Source: Ruditapes philippinarum | Lineage: Eukaryota | Assembly: GCF_026571515.1 (NCBI RefSeq) | Contig: NW_026865328.1 | Coordinates: 1 to 64,000 of the forward strand | DNA length: 64,000 nucleotides | Direction of reading: 5' to 3' | Part shown: positions 51,910-64,000 of the stretch, one piece after another | Layout: every line of letters starts with the position of its first letter | Numbering within the stretch: the stretch's first letter is position 1 | The notes under the pieces: generated by a model | The model's input: only the letters and a program-made list of their open reading frames with translations | What the model was told of the DNA's origin: nothing | The model's database searches: none | Translations under genes and position numbers: made by a program

Positions 51910-52972
51910 GTTTTTTTAAATAAACTTAAGTTTCAGTTACGGTTATCGCTCATTCATTATTACAAGTTCTTCCACGAAATATATATTTAGCCATACGCGA
52001 CCTTACGGTCACATGTACTAGCATATCAAATGATGACAATTTTCTTTTCCAACAGGATGTAAACTATACACTGTCACGCATTCATTAAATGATTTGTAGC
52101 GTGATACAAATATGTACACTCAAATGTATAAAATGTTTTGTCAAATTAAAAAAAATATCGTTTTTAAAATGTCTTTGCCCCGATTTTTCAAAGTATTTGG
52201 ACAGCTGTATTCAGATTTTGTTTAAAGATTGTGTACGATGCAAATATCTAACTAATTATTCATTTTCTTTTATTTTCGTACGCGTTTTCGTTAACTTTAA
52301 ATAATTATATGTTTTTCATAATATCAGCCACATCATATGTGATTACATATAAGGAACGCACATCAATATTTCCAGAAACATATTCCTTTTAAATTTAGAC
52401 CATTCCTTAAAGAAAGATAAGCAGCGTCTTTTTTTCTTTAGAAATATTACTACGTTAAAATTTTAACGGCAGTTTTTGTTCATTGATTTTCTTTCAAACA
52501 AAGACGTTTACATCTGTCGCTGTTTCCCTGAACTACGGAACTAAGAACCTCTGTCAATGAGAGATCTGTTTTCTTTTCTACGCTATATATCTGAAATGGA
52601 CATGTCCATTATTCAATGTTAACCAATTGAAAGTAGTTCGACCACATGGTGTTATAGTTATACAATAGGAAATCAAGAATAAAAGTTTTGACAAATAAGA
52701 ATAAAGCAGTTCCGTTCCTATGGTACGGTGTGCCTTTAAAGTATTTTGCAGGAAGTAAAATAATTTGCCATTCTGAACATTACAGCGTGTATAAGCTTAA
52801 CCTTCAGTTTCGGTTATTGCTCATTATTACAAGGCCTTCCAAGAAATATATTTTTAGCTTTAAACGACTTTACGGTTACGTGCACTTCAGATGAAAACAA
52901 GATGTAACACTATATACAATCACGCATTCATTGAATGTTTTGTGACGTGATATAAATACAGGTACCCTCATA

Positions 52973-55103
52973 TACGGTGGCATAGAGGTGACATTTGCAG
53001 TTTTATTTTATCTCGTGGCCACGACTTATTATCTTGAGGCCTCAAGATATTATCTCGTGGCCACGACTTATTATCTTGTGGCCTCAAGATATTATCTCGT
53101 GGCCACGAGTTATTATCTCGTGGCCACGACTTATTATCTCGTGGCCACGACTTATTATCTTGTGACCTCAAGATATTATCTCGTGGCCACGAGTTATTAT
53201 CTTGTGGCCACGACTTATTATCTCGTGGCCTCAAGATATTATCTCGTGGCCACGACTTATTATCTCGTGGCCACGAGTTATTATCTTGTGGCCTCAAGAT
53301 ATTATCTTGTGGCCTCAAGATATTATCTCGTGGGCCACGAGTTATTATCTTGTGGCCAACGACTTATCATCTCGTGGCCACGACTTATTATATTGAGGCC
53401 ACGACTTAATTATCTTCGTGGCACGAGTTATTTATCTTGTGGCCACGACTTATTTCAGCCAATGAAAATGGTCGTTTCATCAAAAGTTAATATCAATAAG
53501 ACCCCTTATATCACACTGGCCACAGCTTTCACAAGAGGCGGCGGGTCAAACGCTGCGGCGGTGAAGAAAGGGAACGTTTTATAATTATTATTCTTCTTTT
53601 TTTGTATGGTCAGGTGTTTCTTTCATTCTTTTTTAAAGATATACTTTGCTTTAAATTAATATTAGAAAATATTTTGATAATTGTTATATAGTCCCTTTGT
53701 ACATGTAAACATAAAATAAACATGTTATGACTTCACAGATAGTAGATATTTTTATGTTTAAAATTCTACACAGTATAGGTGTTCACCATGAATATATATG
53801 GTGTCAGTTTTTTTTAAGTAAAGATTACTTGACCTGTTATAGGGAACGCAGCTTCCTGTACATAGTTTATTGATTTCTTTATTCAAGTTAGACGCATTAA
53901 GTTAGAATATCATAGATTTAAAAAAAAATGATGTGATTTTTAATTTTCAAGGATGAGCACGTATATCTAATTTAATTGAGATTTAATTAAGAAATATATG
54001 CGGTTGATGTATACTTTTTAAGGTCGTTTCATTGAAATAACTTGCCCCTTTTCCCTGTGGATTCGAAAATCCCATTAAAGACTTGTATTCTAGATAGTTA
54101 TTATTGAAGATATACTACAATGTCACAATGATAAATGACTAACTTTGACGGGTTATCTGAATCTTTTTCTTTTTATTATTATAAAAACTGACATATAACA
54201 AGTTTCAAAGACATATATCAATTCTTTTAAGATCTCCTCTTTGATTGCTACTGCTACTGCTGTGCTATTGCTACTGCCAATTTCACGTTTTATAATTTTG
54301 CTACTGCTACTTCTGTGCTACTGTTACTGCCAACTTCATGTTTTTATAAATTTTGTTACTGCTACTACTCAAATGCTACTGCTAACTTCCTACCGGTGAT
54401 GACCACTTATAAAAGTGAGTGTATTTTATGAAAAAACTGCATCTACAGAAACTTGATCCTTAAACGTTAGGACCATAAGATAAGAATACAGAGGGCCAAT
54501 TAGTGATGACAAGACTCTACTCAGTGGACGTGTTAATGTGGTCGATACAGTTTATAGTGATATATACTAGCTGATTAGCCCTTACTGAAATTCAGCACGT
54601 CTCTGGGAAAAAGCGTGAACTTAAGTGAATATATGGTGGTGATTGACACGCACCTCCTGTGACTGCTATTGCCAGTGTGATATTAAAAATTTTGTTCAAG
54701 ATGAAAACGAACCATTTTCATTGGCTAAAATAAGTCGTGGCCACAAAAAGATAATAACTCGTGGCCACGAGAAAATAAGTCGTGGCCACAAGATAATAAC
54801 TCGTGCCACGAGATAATAAGTCGTGGCCTCAATATATTAAGTCGTGGCCACGAGATGATAAGTCGTGGCCACAAGATAATAACTCGTGGCCACGAGATAA
54901 TATCTTGAGGCCACAAGATAATAACTCGTGGCCACGAGATAATAAGTCGTGGCCACGAGATAATATCTTGAGGCCACAAGATAATAAGTCGTGGCCACGA
55001 GATAATAAGTCGTGGCCACGAGATAATATCTTGAGGCCTCAAGATAATAAGTCGTGGCCACGAGATAAAATAAAACTGCAAATGTCACCTCTATGCCACC
55101 GTA
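52973..55103. mobile_element. Foldback-like IS3EU-type element whose long TIRs contain a 21-bp palindromic minisatellite
   Basis: Ends TACGGTGGCATAGAGGTGACATTTGC and GCAAATGTCACCTCTATGCCACCGTA. Perfect TSD CTCATA (52967-72 and 55104-09). Arrays of TTATCTCGTGGCCACGACTTA-type units at ~53008-53452 and, inverted, at ~54728-55066. Confidence 0.88.
54245..54385. repeat. Degenerate (CTACTG)n microsatellite
   Basis: Repeated GCTACT/ACTGCT hexamers in three blocks. Confidence 0.7.
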
Positions 55104-55828
55104 CTCATATCAGGTAAAACAGTCGGTTAAATTTAAAATGCGATTTCGGTAAGCCACTTTACTCCCGACTATACAAAGTATATGCAAAGTTGTCCATCGG
55201 CGTCCGCATTCTGATTTTGGTTAACAACATTTTTTTTAAAATTCTACAGGAATTTACTTAAAGTACAAATATGTGTTGTTTTTATCATAAGACACGTCAT
55301 GGTTAAGATTATTTACCACATAAACTTTATAACTATAGGGATTTTTTTTTCAAACTTCCTTTATCATCAACCACTTTATACCTGTTAAAGCTATATCCAA
55401 TTTTAAACTTTAAAGACTTTTTTCATTGTTTTTTCCCTTAACAAAGACATTTAAAGTATTCTGTAAGTTAGTGTTAATAACTATGCTTTACTGGTCAAGA
55501 ATAACGCAGCATTTTAACATTATGTGTTTGAAGTTATTTTGATAAACAGCCAGTTTATATGAGTTTTATTTAGCCGTGTAGCAATCCCATCGGACAAATA
55601 ATAATTTCAAACACTAATTATCTTTAGCAAGTGACCCCTGTCTTGCAACGATGTATTAGTTTATTGTTGAAAAGTTAATTCACATTAATCGCTTCGAATT
55701 TGTATTTCACTTGTAAATACATGTATACAATGTATGAAATGTTAATCATATTATACATGTATAGTAGATAAAATGTAGTACATTTAGTTGATATTAGCTG
55801 ACAAAAATGGGTTGCTCCTTTATGTTAA

Positions 55829-57150
55829 GCCCGTCTCACATAGAGCAATGTTGGGCACACGGTTTCCTTACGGTATACTCGGTTATACCCGGATCGTCTG
55901 GTACGAGTATTTAGGGCTTCAACCGTGCCTGGTGACTAGTTGATACATTCACTAAGACTCGAATGCAGCACGAGCATGTACGAACAAAGCACGGATAAGC
56001 TCGGTCATGCAAGGTTAGAACACGATCTGCATACGAATACATAATATGTATTCGTATGAAGATCGTGTTCTAAACTTGCATGACCGAGTTTATCCGTGCA
56101 TATTATGACTGTTGTACGGTTCCAAGTACGGTCTGGTACGATTAAACACGACTTTTACTCCATTTACTCGACTTTCACAGAGTTTACATAGGGAAACGCT
56201 GACTGTGGTTCGAGTAATGCTCAAGTTATCACATATACGTGAATGTTTGAAATAAATTGACCCATTATCATGGCTTGGCTTCAATAGTGTTCGAACTTCC
56301 AACGAATAAACGCATATATATGTGAAAATAGCCGTATAAAACAAAGCAAGATGCAAGAGATGAAAGAATAAGAGAATTGGAAAACATGATAAGACCGACA
56401 GACATTGGTGGGTCCCTCAGGTCATTAAGCTTGACACGGTAAGCAGGTTGGAGTGGTCGGCGGGCCTGGATGGCCCTTTTGGTATACTTTCTATGTGTGT
56501 GAACCTTTTTCATAAATTGAATGCATTCTTGTGTGATGTAGCAAATACTCTGGGTAGATCTAGCAGTTGAGTGTGGCGGCAGGTAGTTTTGGTTTTCGTT
56601 TTACAGTTCGTGCTGACGTAGAGGCCGTGTAAGACCGAAGGAGGCCCTGTATGACCTTGTATACCCGGACTATGCCGTATGTCATGTATGATTCGTACTT
56701 GAACCATATTGGTCGTATGGCGATTGTATGAAACCGTGTGTGAATTGTACCGGGTGTTAGATGTGGGACTTGGGGGCGGTCTCGGACGATTCAATACGAT
56801 TTATGTACGGTCTTGACACAGTTGAATTTACTCGATGAGTGGAATTCAAATACGGTTCTAAATACGGTCTCATAAGCTCTCACACGGTCTCTTGCGTACT
56901 TTTACGATCTATTATACGATCATTCACGGACATGATATCCGTACCAGTTAGTTTAAAAAACGATACACGGCTTACACGGATACACTCGAATGAACCGATT
57001 GTTACTCGGATAACGCCTCGGTTGGTTCGGTTGTATGTACGGTTTACACGGGTGGCCAACCGTATTCTGTTTGAAACGAATCTTTTAAATTAAAAGAGCT
57101 TAATACATTGCAGAGTTGCCCAACAAATTGTGCACAAGATACGTTTGATT
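55829..57150. mobile_element. Probable non-autonomous PIF/Harbinger-like element (right end degenerate)
   Basis: TAA|GCCCGTCTCACA start. TGTTGGGCA near the left end mirrors TGCCCAACA at ~57117. CpG-rich CACGG/CCGTG/TACGG motifs throughout. Confidence 0.5.
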
Positions 57151-60100
57151 ATATATATGACGGTCGCCCTTATGATGTATCAGTTTGTAAAATCGGTCGG
57201 TTTTGCAGGAGATATATTGAGACTAATGAAAGAGTAATCCTCCTAGCCGGAAAGTAGATACATAGCTACTTTAATTTCCTACAAAAATTGAAAAGCTGAA
57301 CAAACAATAATAGCAAGTATATACCTTGTAACAACAAAGAAAGCTCGTGCTATAAATTTTACATAGCATACTTATAAGTGACCGTGCAGCTTTAAAAGCA
57401 ATTATTACTCAAAGATGTCATCATTTTTTATCTTTCAAAAAACATGCTTAATATTGGTATCTTTTTACAACCGTTCCCTCAAAAAATACTCATTTGCTAT
57501 ATACATGAACTATCTTTTGCATCTTCAGTTCTGTTGTCAATTTGTATAACTTTAGTGAATAAGTATTTTATTTGGAAGTCAAAATACTTCTCTAACTACA
57601 TTTTGCTACCTAAATGTTACAAACATGCATGTTCAGTGCTGCTTTTTCAGTTGAAATAAAAAACATTGAACACCCTCTTAATTCGATATTTAAACACAAT
57701 TTAAGACAGTTTGATATTTCTAGAGAATTAAAAAGCAATGGACGTCTGGCATAATGTGCCTTGGTTACAGTCGCGATTTAATTCTGTAAATGAAACTACG
57801 TTAAGCAAAGAAAAAATATAGTATATTGACTGTAGGGATGATTATAAACTCCTGACATACTAGATCAATATTTACAGCCAATTACAAAGCAAACAACAAC
57901 AATAACAAACAGTCATAATAGCATAGACAGTCAGTGTCATAGTGTCATGTGTTGTAAAGCACTTAAGTGTTATTTAATTCAGAGTATTTAATTTAATTCA
58001 AAGCATTTAAGCCCTTATACGTGTTTTGTTTCTATCTCTCGATACAAATGTCTTAATTTGTACGTTAGTGATGTTTAAATGGAGAGTATAATTTTATGAT
58101 GTTTGTTATATTTCAAATTTGATGAGTTAGTTCCCTTACTTTTTTAAAGTATGATTATCTCAAAGTGAAATTTCATGAACAAGCTCAACTTTGATTTTGC
58201 TATACATTGATAATATGAAATGTCATTGTTATCATTTAGAATAGAGTCAAATAGCTCATTTGTTATTAATACTATAATGATCTAAACCAAATGCTATATC
58301 AAATTGGATTTTCCTTTATATTATATCTAGTATTTCAAGACCAACTTCTTTATTCTCTGTTTTGCCCTTTTAGTATATACACAATTTATTTAGTAGTTTA
58401 AAGCTAAGAAACATACTCAAAAATTCGTCCCTTGAACAAACCAGTGTAAATCTTCTTGCTCAGCGAAACAACCACTTGTTCCTGACAGGATTTGAACCAC
58501 CGACGTTAGCGTTTGTGACGCCGTTTTATGTCGCAACGCCGCTAAATATCACAACGCTCCTAGATTTTCCTTGACGTTAAATGTTGCGACACCACTTTAC
58601 TCTTCAGCACAGTATTAAACAAGTAATATCATTTTAATATTCTCTTAACATATTTGCGTTTGAGTAACCGGAGGCAAAAATGATAATGCGACAGAGAACT
58701 CAATTTTGATACTAGTATATCCCTGTCGAATTTGTCCTTTCACCATCTGTACCTTTAATTCCCGTATCGGACCCTTTGAGATGTTATCATTTCAATTATT
58801 ACATGGCCGCAGACTTCTGTCCTCTTCCGGTTATGGTTCGGTGTCTTCTTGGTCACCTGCTGATATGGCTGGTTTGTATCTTGGGCTTTGGTCTGTGAAC
58901 GTCGCCTTGCATTTTCGCAAAGAGGGTACGAATTTGAATATACATCGTGGAGTATATTGCTCTGCGTACTTTTGTAAATTTAAAACTAGACTAGCGTCCA
59001 TCTACTTGACCCTCACCTTTGAGTGTCAGTATCCCACCAGGAACTTATAATTATTTCATGTGAGGAAAGTCGGTGATTATACTCAAGTTCCTGTTTGTGC
59101 ACGGATGGACACCAGAAGTCTTCCTCCGCCAATCGATGTTCATGTATGACCTTACTGTGTTGTTGCGAAATTTGAAAATTAATAAGGATTTTGCATGTTA
59201 AAAATCTTATTGGCATTAATGAAATTCTTATTTGTTCTTTGTTCTTTGTTTTTAAACTTATTAAAATGAACAAAGTTCGAATAAGTTTCTTATTTTATAT
59301 TAAGGCATTTGAAGCTACTCCAAACAAGGATTTTATTTAAATTCCCAAATATATTTTTTCTCTTAATTAGGCTTTTAAAACTACAAAGTTGCTGTAAGGT
59401 TTATTTCGCCTTATTATGAATACGAACTCCTAATTAGGTGAAATGGGAGATAATTGTAATAAGCCATTTATATCCAAAAAATTTATTTTATTATTTCCCA
59501 TACTCAAAGTCATTTTAAGTTTTTTAAAACCCCTAATAAATTAAGAAAAAAGTTCAATTCGTTTAAAAACTTTTTTAAACGTGTTACACGTTTAAAAGAA
59601 AAAAAAAATTTTTTGCACATGTTAATATAACTTTCGAATCAAAGGGAAAAAGGTTTCTGTCAGAGAATTTTACCAATTCATGATTAGTTTACGAAAAAAA
59701 TGCTTCAAAAAAACATCAGGAAAGAATTGTTGTGTATTAAGTATTCCAACAGCTTCAGATGAAACATGTGATATGAATCTATAATACTACAATGTATACC
59801 TGTATGAACGACAATTATGAGTTTTTCTCTTTTTATTCCATAGAGACTCACAAGAGACTCGTGCAGTTACCGCAAGTTGCAATAATAATTTATTTTCTTA
59901 AAGAATTAAAGAATATTATGTTTTAAATGAGAGCCTTCTTACAATTATTTTTCATCAACATCATGTTTATATAGATTCTCATTTTTCTTTTGATATTATC
60001 AGTTTTTATAAACATTATCTTTTTATATGTATTATAATTTTTGTCAGTGATGAATATTTTATACTACATTATTGCTGTATAAAAGAATGGAGACAGCCAT

Positions 60101-60519
60101 TTTTAATTATATTGTTTATTGTTATAAACGTTTTCTCCCTTTAAATGAATTGCAATCTGAAAGTTTTCTTCTTTTCTCGTTTTTTTTTTTTTTTTTTTGC
60201 ATTCCTCCTAATTTTCGCGTGGCTATAAATTTCTTATTTCAGGTATATCTAAGATTTATTGTTAATCAAAAGATCATGGTTGCAGTTTTCATTCGCAGTA
60301 AAATGTTTTTTACAGAACGTACTGTCTCTACTTATTCTCTGAAAGGATTGAACGAGAATGTAGGAAAATATGGAAAAATAATTGTGATAAATTTCAAAGC
60401 AGCAGCATATCATAGTATAAATTTAGAGATTTATAACATTGTTTTTAAATGAAAAAAATAAAAACGCAAATAAAGATAAAGATAACGAAAACTGTACAAT
60501 ATGAATATAATTTTAACAT

Positions 60520-61330
60520 TAAAACGCACTGTACGCTACTGATAGTAGAAAATTTTAAAAACAAAAAGCGTTTTTAACTACTGAAAATTAACTTTTGACA
60601 ACGGCATGGGGTTAAACGCTACGAAATGTGAAATTTGACAACGGTAACGGGGTTAAAGCTATGATAAACACAACCGACAACGTTAATCGGTATAATCTAC
60701 TGAAATAGAAAAATTCACAACTTAATGGGGTTTTAAACATACAGTAAAACAAAATTCGACACTTAAGGGGGAAAAACGCTACAATAAACACATTCGACAA
60801 GTTAATGGGGGTAAACCCTACAGAAAATACACAATTGAAACTAAATGGGGTAGAAATTACTGATAATACGACAATTCGACAACGTAAATGCGGTAGAACG
60901 CTACAGATAATACGAAAATTCCACAACGTTAATGCGGTAGAATGCTACAGATAATACGACAATTCGACAACGTTAATGCGGTACAACGCTACAGATAATA
61001 CGACGATTCGACAACGTAAACACGGTAGTAATCTACTGATATTACGACAATTCGACAACGTAAATGCGATAGAACGCTGCTGATAATACGACAATTCGAC
61101 AACGTAAATGCGGTAGAACGCTACAGATAATACGACAATTGGAGAACGTAAACGCGGTAGTAATCTACAGATAATACGACAATTCGACAACGTGAATGCG
61201 GTAGAACGCTACAGATAATACGACAATCGGAGAACGTAAACGCGGTAGTAATCTACAGATAATACGAAAATTCGACAACGTTAATGCGGTAGAACGCTAC
61301 TAATAATGCGACAATTCGACAACGTAAAGG
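60520..61330. repeat. 44-bp minisatellite (~10 clean copies at 60862-61330, degenerate leftward)
   Basis: Unit GATAATACGACAATTCGACAACGTAAATGCGGTAGAACGCTACA with period 44. Confidence 0.9.
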
Positions 61331-62029
61331 CAGAAGTACCCGATAACTGTTATAGACAAGAAACGCGGTGCACGCATAAAAAAACCCCAAAATTTCGAAA
61401 CCCAGTTCCAAATAAAAAAAAGTCCAAACTAGGAATATAAATGTGACCTTTTTAAAATTTTCTGATACAAAAAAAATGTTCCATAGCTCGGTTTTTGGTT
61501 ACAGTCGGTTTTAAATTGTAAATGAAACACATCGAAATTTTAGAAAATTTTTTCGAATTCAAAAATAAAAATCCCATGATAATTTCCTTCGGTTTAAACA
61601 TCAAATTTATGGATTAAATTTTTAATTTCATTTCATTTCTACTGCATTAAAAGCTTTGAAATATAAAATGTATCTCCTCCGGGTAAAACCGTTTTGTTTT
61701 AGAACCCAATTTCCCAGCTTCCTTATTTTTCCCTTTTAAAAAGAGGGGATCGATCCCTTTTTTTCATAAAAATTATATAAAAAAATTTGTTTGCATTTTT
61801 ATAAAAATTTTGCAATTACAGTATTACAAATAAAAAATTTGGGACTAAAAAATATTTTTTTAATAAATCCAAATAACATAAAAATTAGAAAACTAAAATT
61901 GAAACTTCTTTAATTTCGGATTCAAGCTGGGGGTGTTAAAATGGAGTAGGTGTTCAACATTTTGTTTTTTAAAAAGAGGGATTATTTACTGCATTAAGAA
62001 AAAAACATATGGTTATAAAAATGTGGGTG

Positions 62030-62580
62030 CATGTGAATGATGTTTTTAAAAAAGGACTGAAAGACTGAAGGGTGTATAAAGGGGACATGGTGTTTTTTAA
62101 GGTTGTGCTTAAAGAAGGGAAAGATGTTATAAAGGACATTTGATATAAGGACAAAGTGGAAAAGAAAACAATGGGTTTTCAAAGAAAAAAGGGAAATATT
62201 CTATAAAAGAAAAAAGGTGTTATTAAGATTGGCAGTATGTGCTATAAAGTTAGGTAGGTGATTTAAAGACGGACAGTAGGTGCTATAAAATAGGACAGTA
62301 CGTGTAATTATGAAAGACAATTTATGTTTTAAGATGGACGGTAGGGGTTATTTTTTGTTATAAAGCAGCGCAGCATGTGCTATAAAGGAGGGTCGGTGCT
62401 ATGAAGACAGACAGTAGGTATTATGCAGAAATACAGTAGTTTTTTTTATAGAAGAGCATAAGGTGTTATAAAGGATGAAAGTATGTCTTATTATGAAAGA
62501 CAAGATGTGTTTTAAAAAGAAGGACAGTGGTTGTTATCTAGAAGGAAAATATGGGTTGCAAAGAAGGACTGTTATTTATT
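62030..62580. repeat. Degenerate purine-rich ~22-bp tandem repeat
   Basis: Recurrent TATAAAG-x-GGACAGTAGGTG-like units. Confidence 0.55.
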
Positions 62581-64000
62581 GTTTATTGTTTATTGGTGAT
62601 AAAAATAATCGAGGAAACATTAATTGTCTATATTTTCCCTTATTCCCTTCTTCTTTTTTAATAGAAATGTTGAAAGAGAAGGAAAATTGTTGAAGTACTA
62701 GAGATATTAGATAACATAACTCATAAACTCAAGCTAGATATACTTTCACGTGAAATAGCATGAACTTTGTTTTGGAAAAACCGACAAATTAGGGGTAAAA
62801 TAGGGTTTGCTCTTATTTTTTGGTAACCCTTTCCCCTTTGCTCTTTTTATTTAAAGCACCCCGATAATCGGCAGACTGGTTCCTTTCCCCCTTTTGAATT
62901 TTAAAATGCTTGGGACCATTTGAGGGTAACATACAAAGATTGCTGATTAATTTGATTAAAAAAAACTCAAAATTGTAAAGGGGAATCCGTTAATTTAAAT
63001 TTATTGCCTGCCGTGACATATTTTGAGTACGTTATTGCGTTATCAATGTGTCAACAAAATAGCAAAAAAATGCGCTTTTTGGGTTGGTTACACATCGAAA
63101 ATTTAACGCGTCAATGAAAAATAAAATTTTTTCAATATTATTTTTTTATTTGGGTAAAGATACAAAAAAATATAAATCCTGTGGTTTTTATAACTAAATC
63201 TATTTAGCTTGTTGATTATTTGTTTTTAAGGGTTAGTGCAAAAAAATGTATTATATTAAAAAATCACAGTAAATGGTGGGATATAATTTTAAAAATTTTG
63301 GGCCCCAAGGAAAAGTCTCGTTTTGCTGACTCAAGAAAATTTTTTTTAAATGTCTTTTTTTGAAATTAAAATGTTTAAACGGTTTATAAAAGTGTAAATT
63401 TTAAAACGCTACTGTTTTTGCATATAAAAAAATCATATTTAAGTTGTTGCTTTGTGTATTGTTACCCCAAATGTGCTTCGAATCCCGTAGTAGTGATGTT
63501 GAAAATTCATTCCCGGTCACGGCTGGGCCCCTTTAAATATACCAGAAACACAGTTTTGACTGATGTTTGGGAGACTATTGACAGTTAACCCGTAGTTTGC
63601 CTTCACTTCCAAGGAAATGATTTTGCTGTACAAATGCAGAGGTAAATGCGTATGACCGTAAAAGGATTTATGATCATACAACGAAGTGCCTTTTTAGATA
63701 ACCCTTTTCTTACCATATACTCACGATAAAATTGGGTTTTTTTTCTAAACATATTCACACTTTTAGATATAAAAAGGGTTTCATTTATTTCAACCATCAA
63801 AAAATTTTGAAAAAAGGGGAAAATGATGTAACCAGTGGGGATTTCCATTAATTTCTTTTTTGAACTTTTTTTAAAAAAAGTTTGTTTTTTTCTTTTGACT
63901 TAAACTGCTAAGGGGGAAACTACGAAAAAAAAGATAGGCCTTTTAACTTAAAAAATTCCCCAAATTTAATTCGGTTTCACGATTTAACTTTTTGAATTTC

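Noticed and set aside
52968-55117. ORFs with WPRDNKS / YYLVATT repeats
   Set aside because: Translations of the 21-bp palindromic units in transposon arms.

Overview
AT-rich, repeat-dense eukaryotic genomic DNA with spliceosomal introns. It is most likely a bivalve mollusc, inferred only from the style of the Helentron/HINE, SINE and MITE repeats. No prokaryotic operons, CRISPR arrays, rRNA or intact tRNA genes were seen. Manual splicing on the minus strand recovers two gene-level signals that the ORF track misses. The first is a CARD (death-fold) domain gene with exons at 2996-2839 and 1064-845. The second, immediately upstream, is a tandem family of four small two-coding-exon genes for a basic, Pro/Ser/Thr-rich protein with NLS-like motifs. 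Its intact copy (10778-10397 + 8144-8125) ends in the CaaX prenylation box GCCGIL*; the other three have lost the CaaX Cys, lost the start codon, or are truncated. Positions ~3.2-25.2 kb are nested tandem duplications whose paired filled and empty sites define insertions. Mobile elements include several HINEs, an internally deleted mariner with non-matching ends, a 5.3 kb Academ-type element with nested inserts, three TAYGG/6-bp-TSD (IS3EU-type) elements, pogo- and Harbinger-type MITEs, and LINE and SINE 3' fragments. Tandem arrays of 51, 58, 36, 21 and 44 bp are present. From ~42 kb onward the sequence looks indel- and homopolymer-noisy, so coding calls there are weak.
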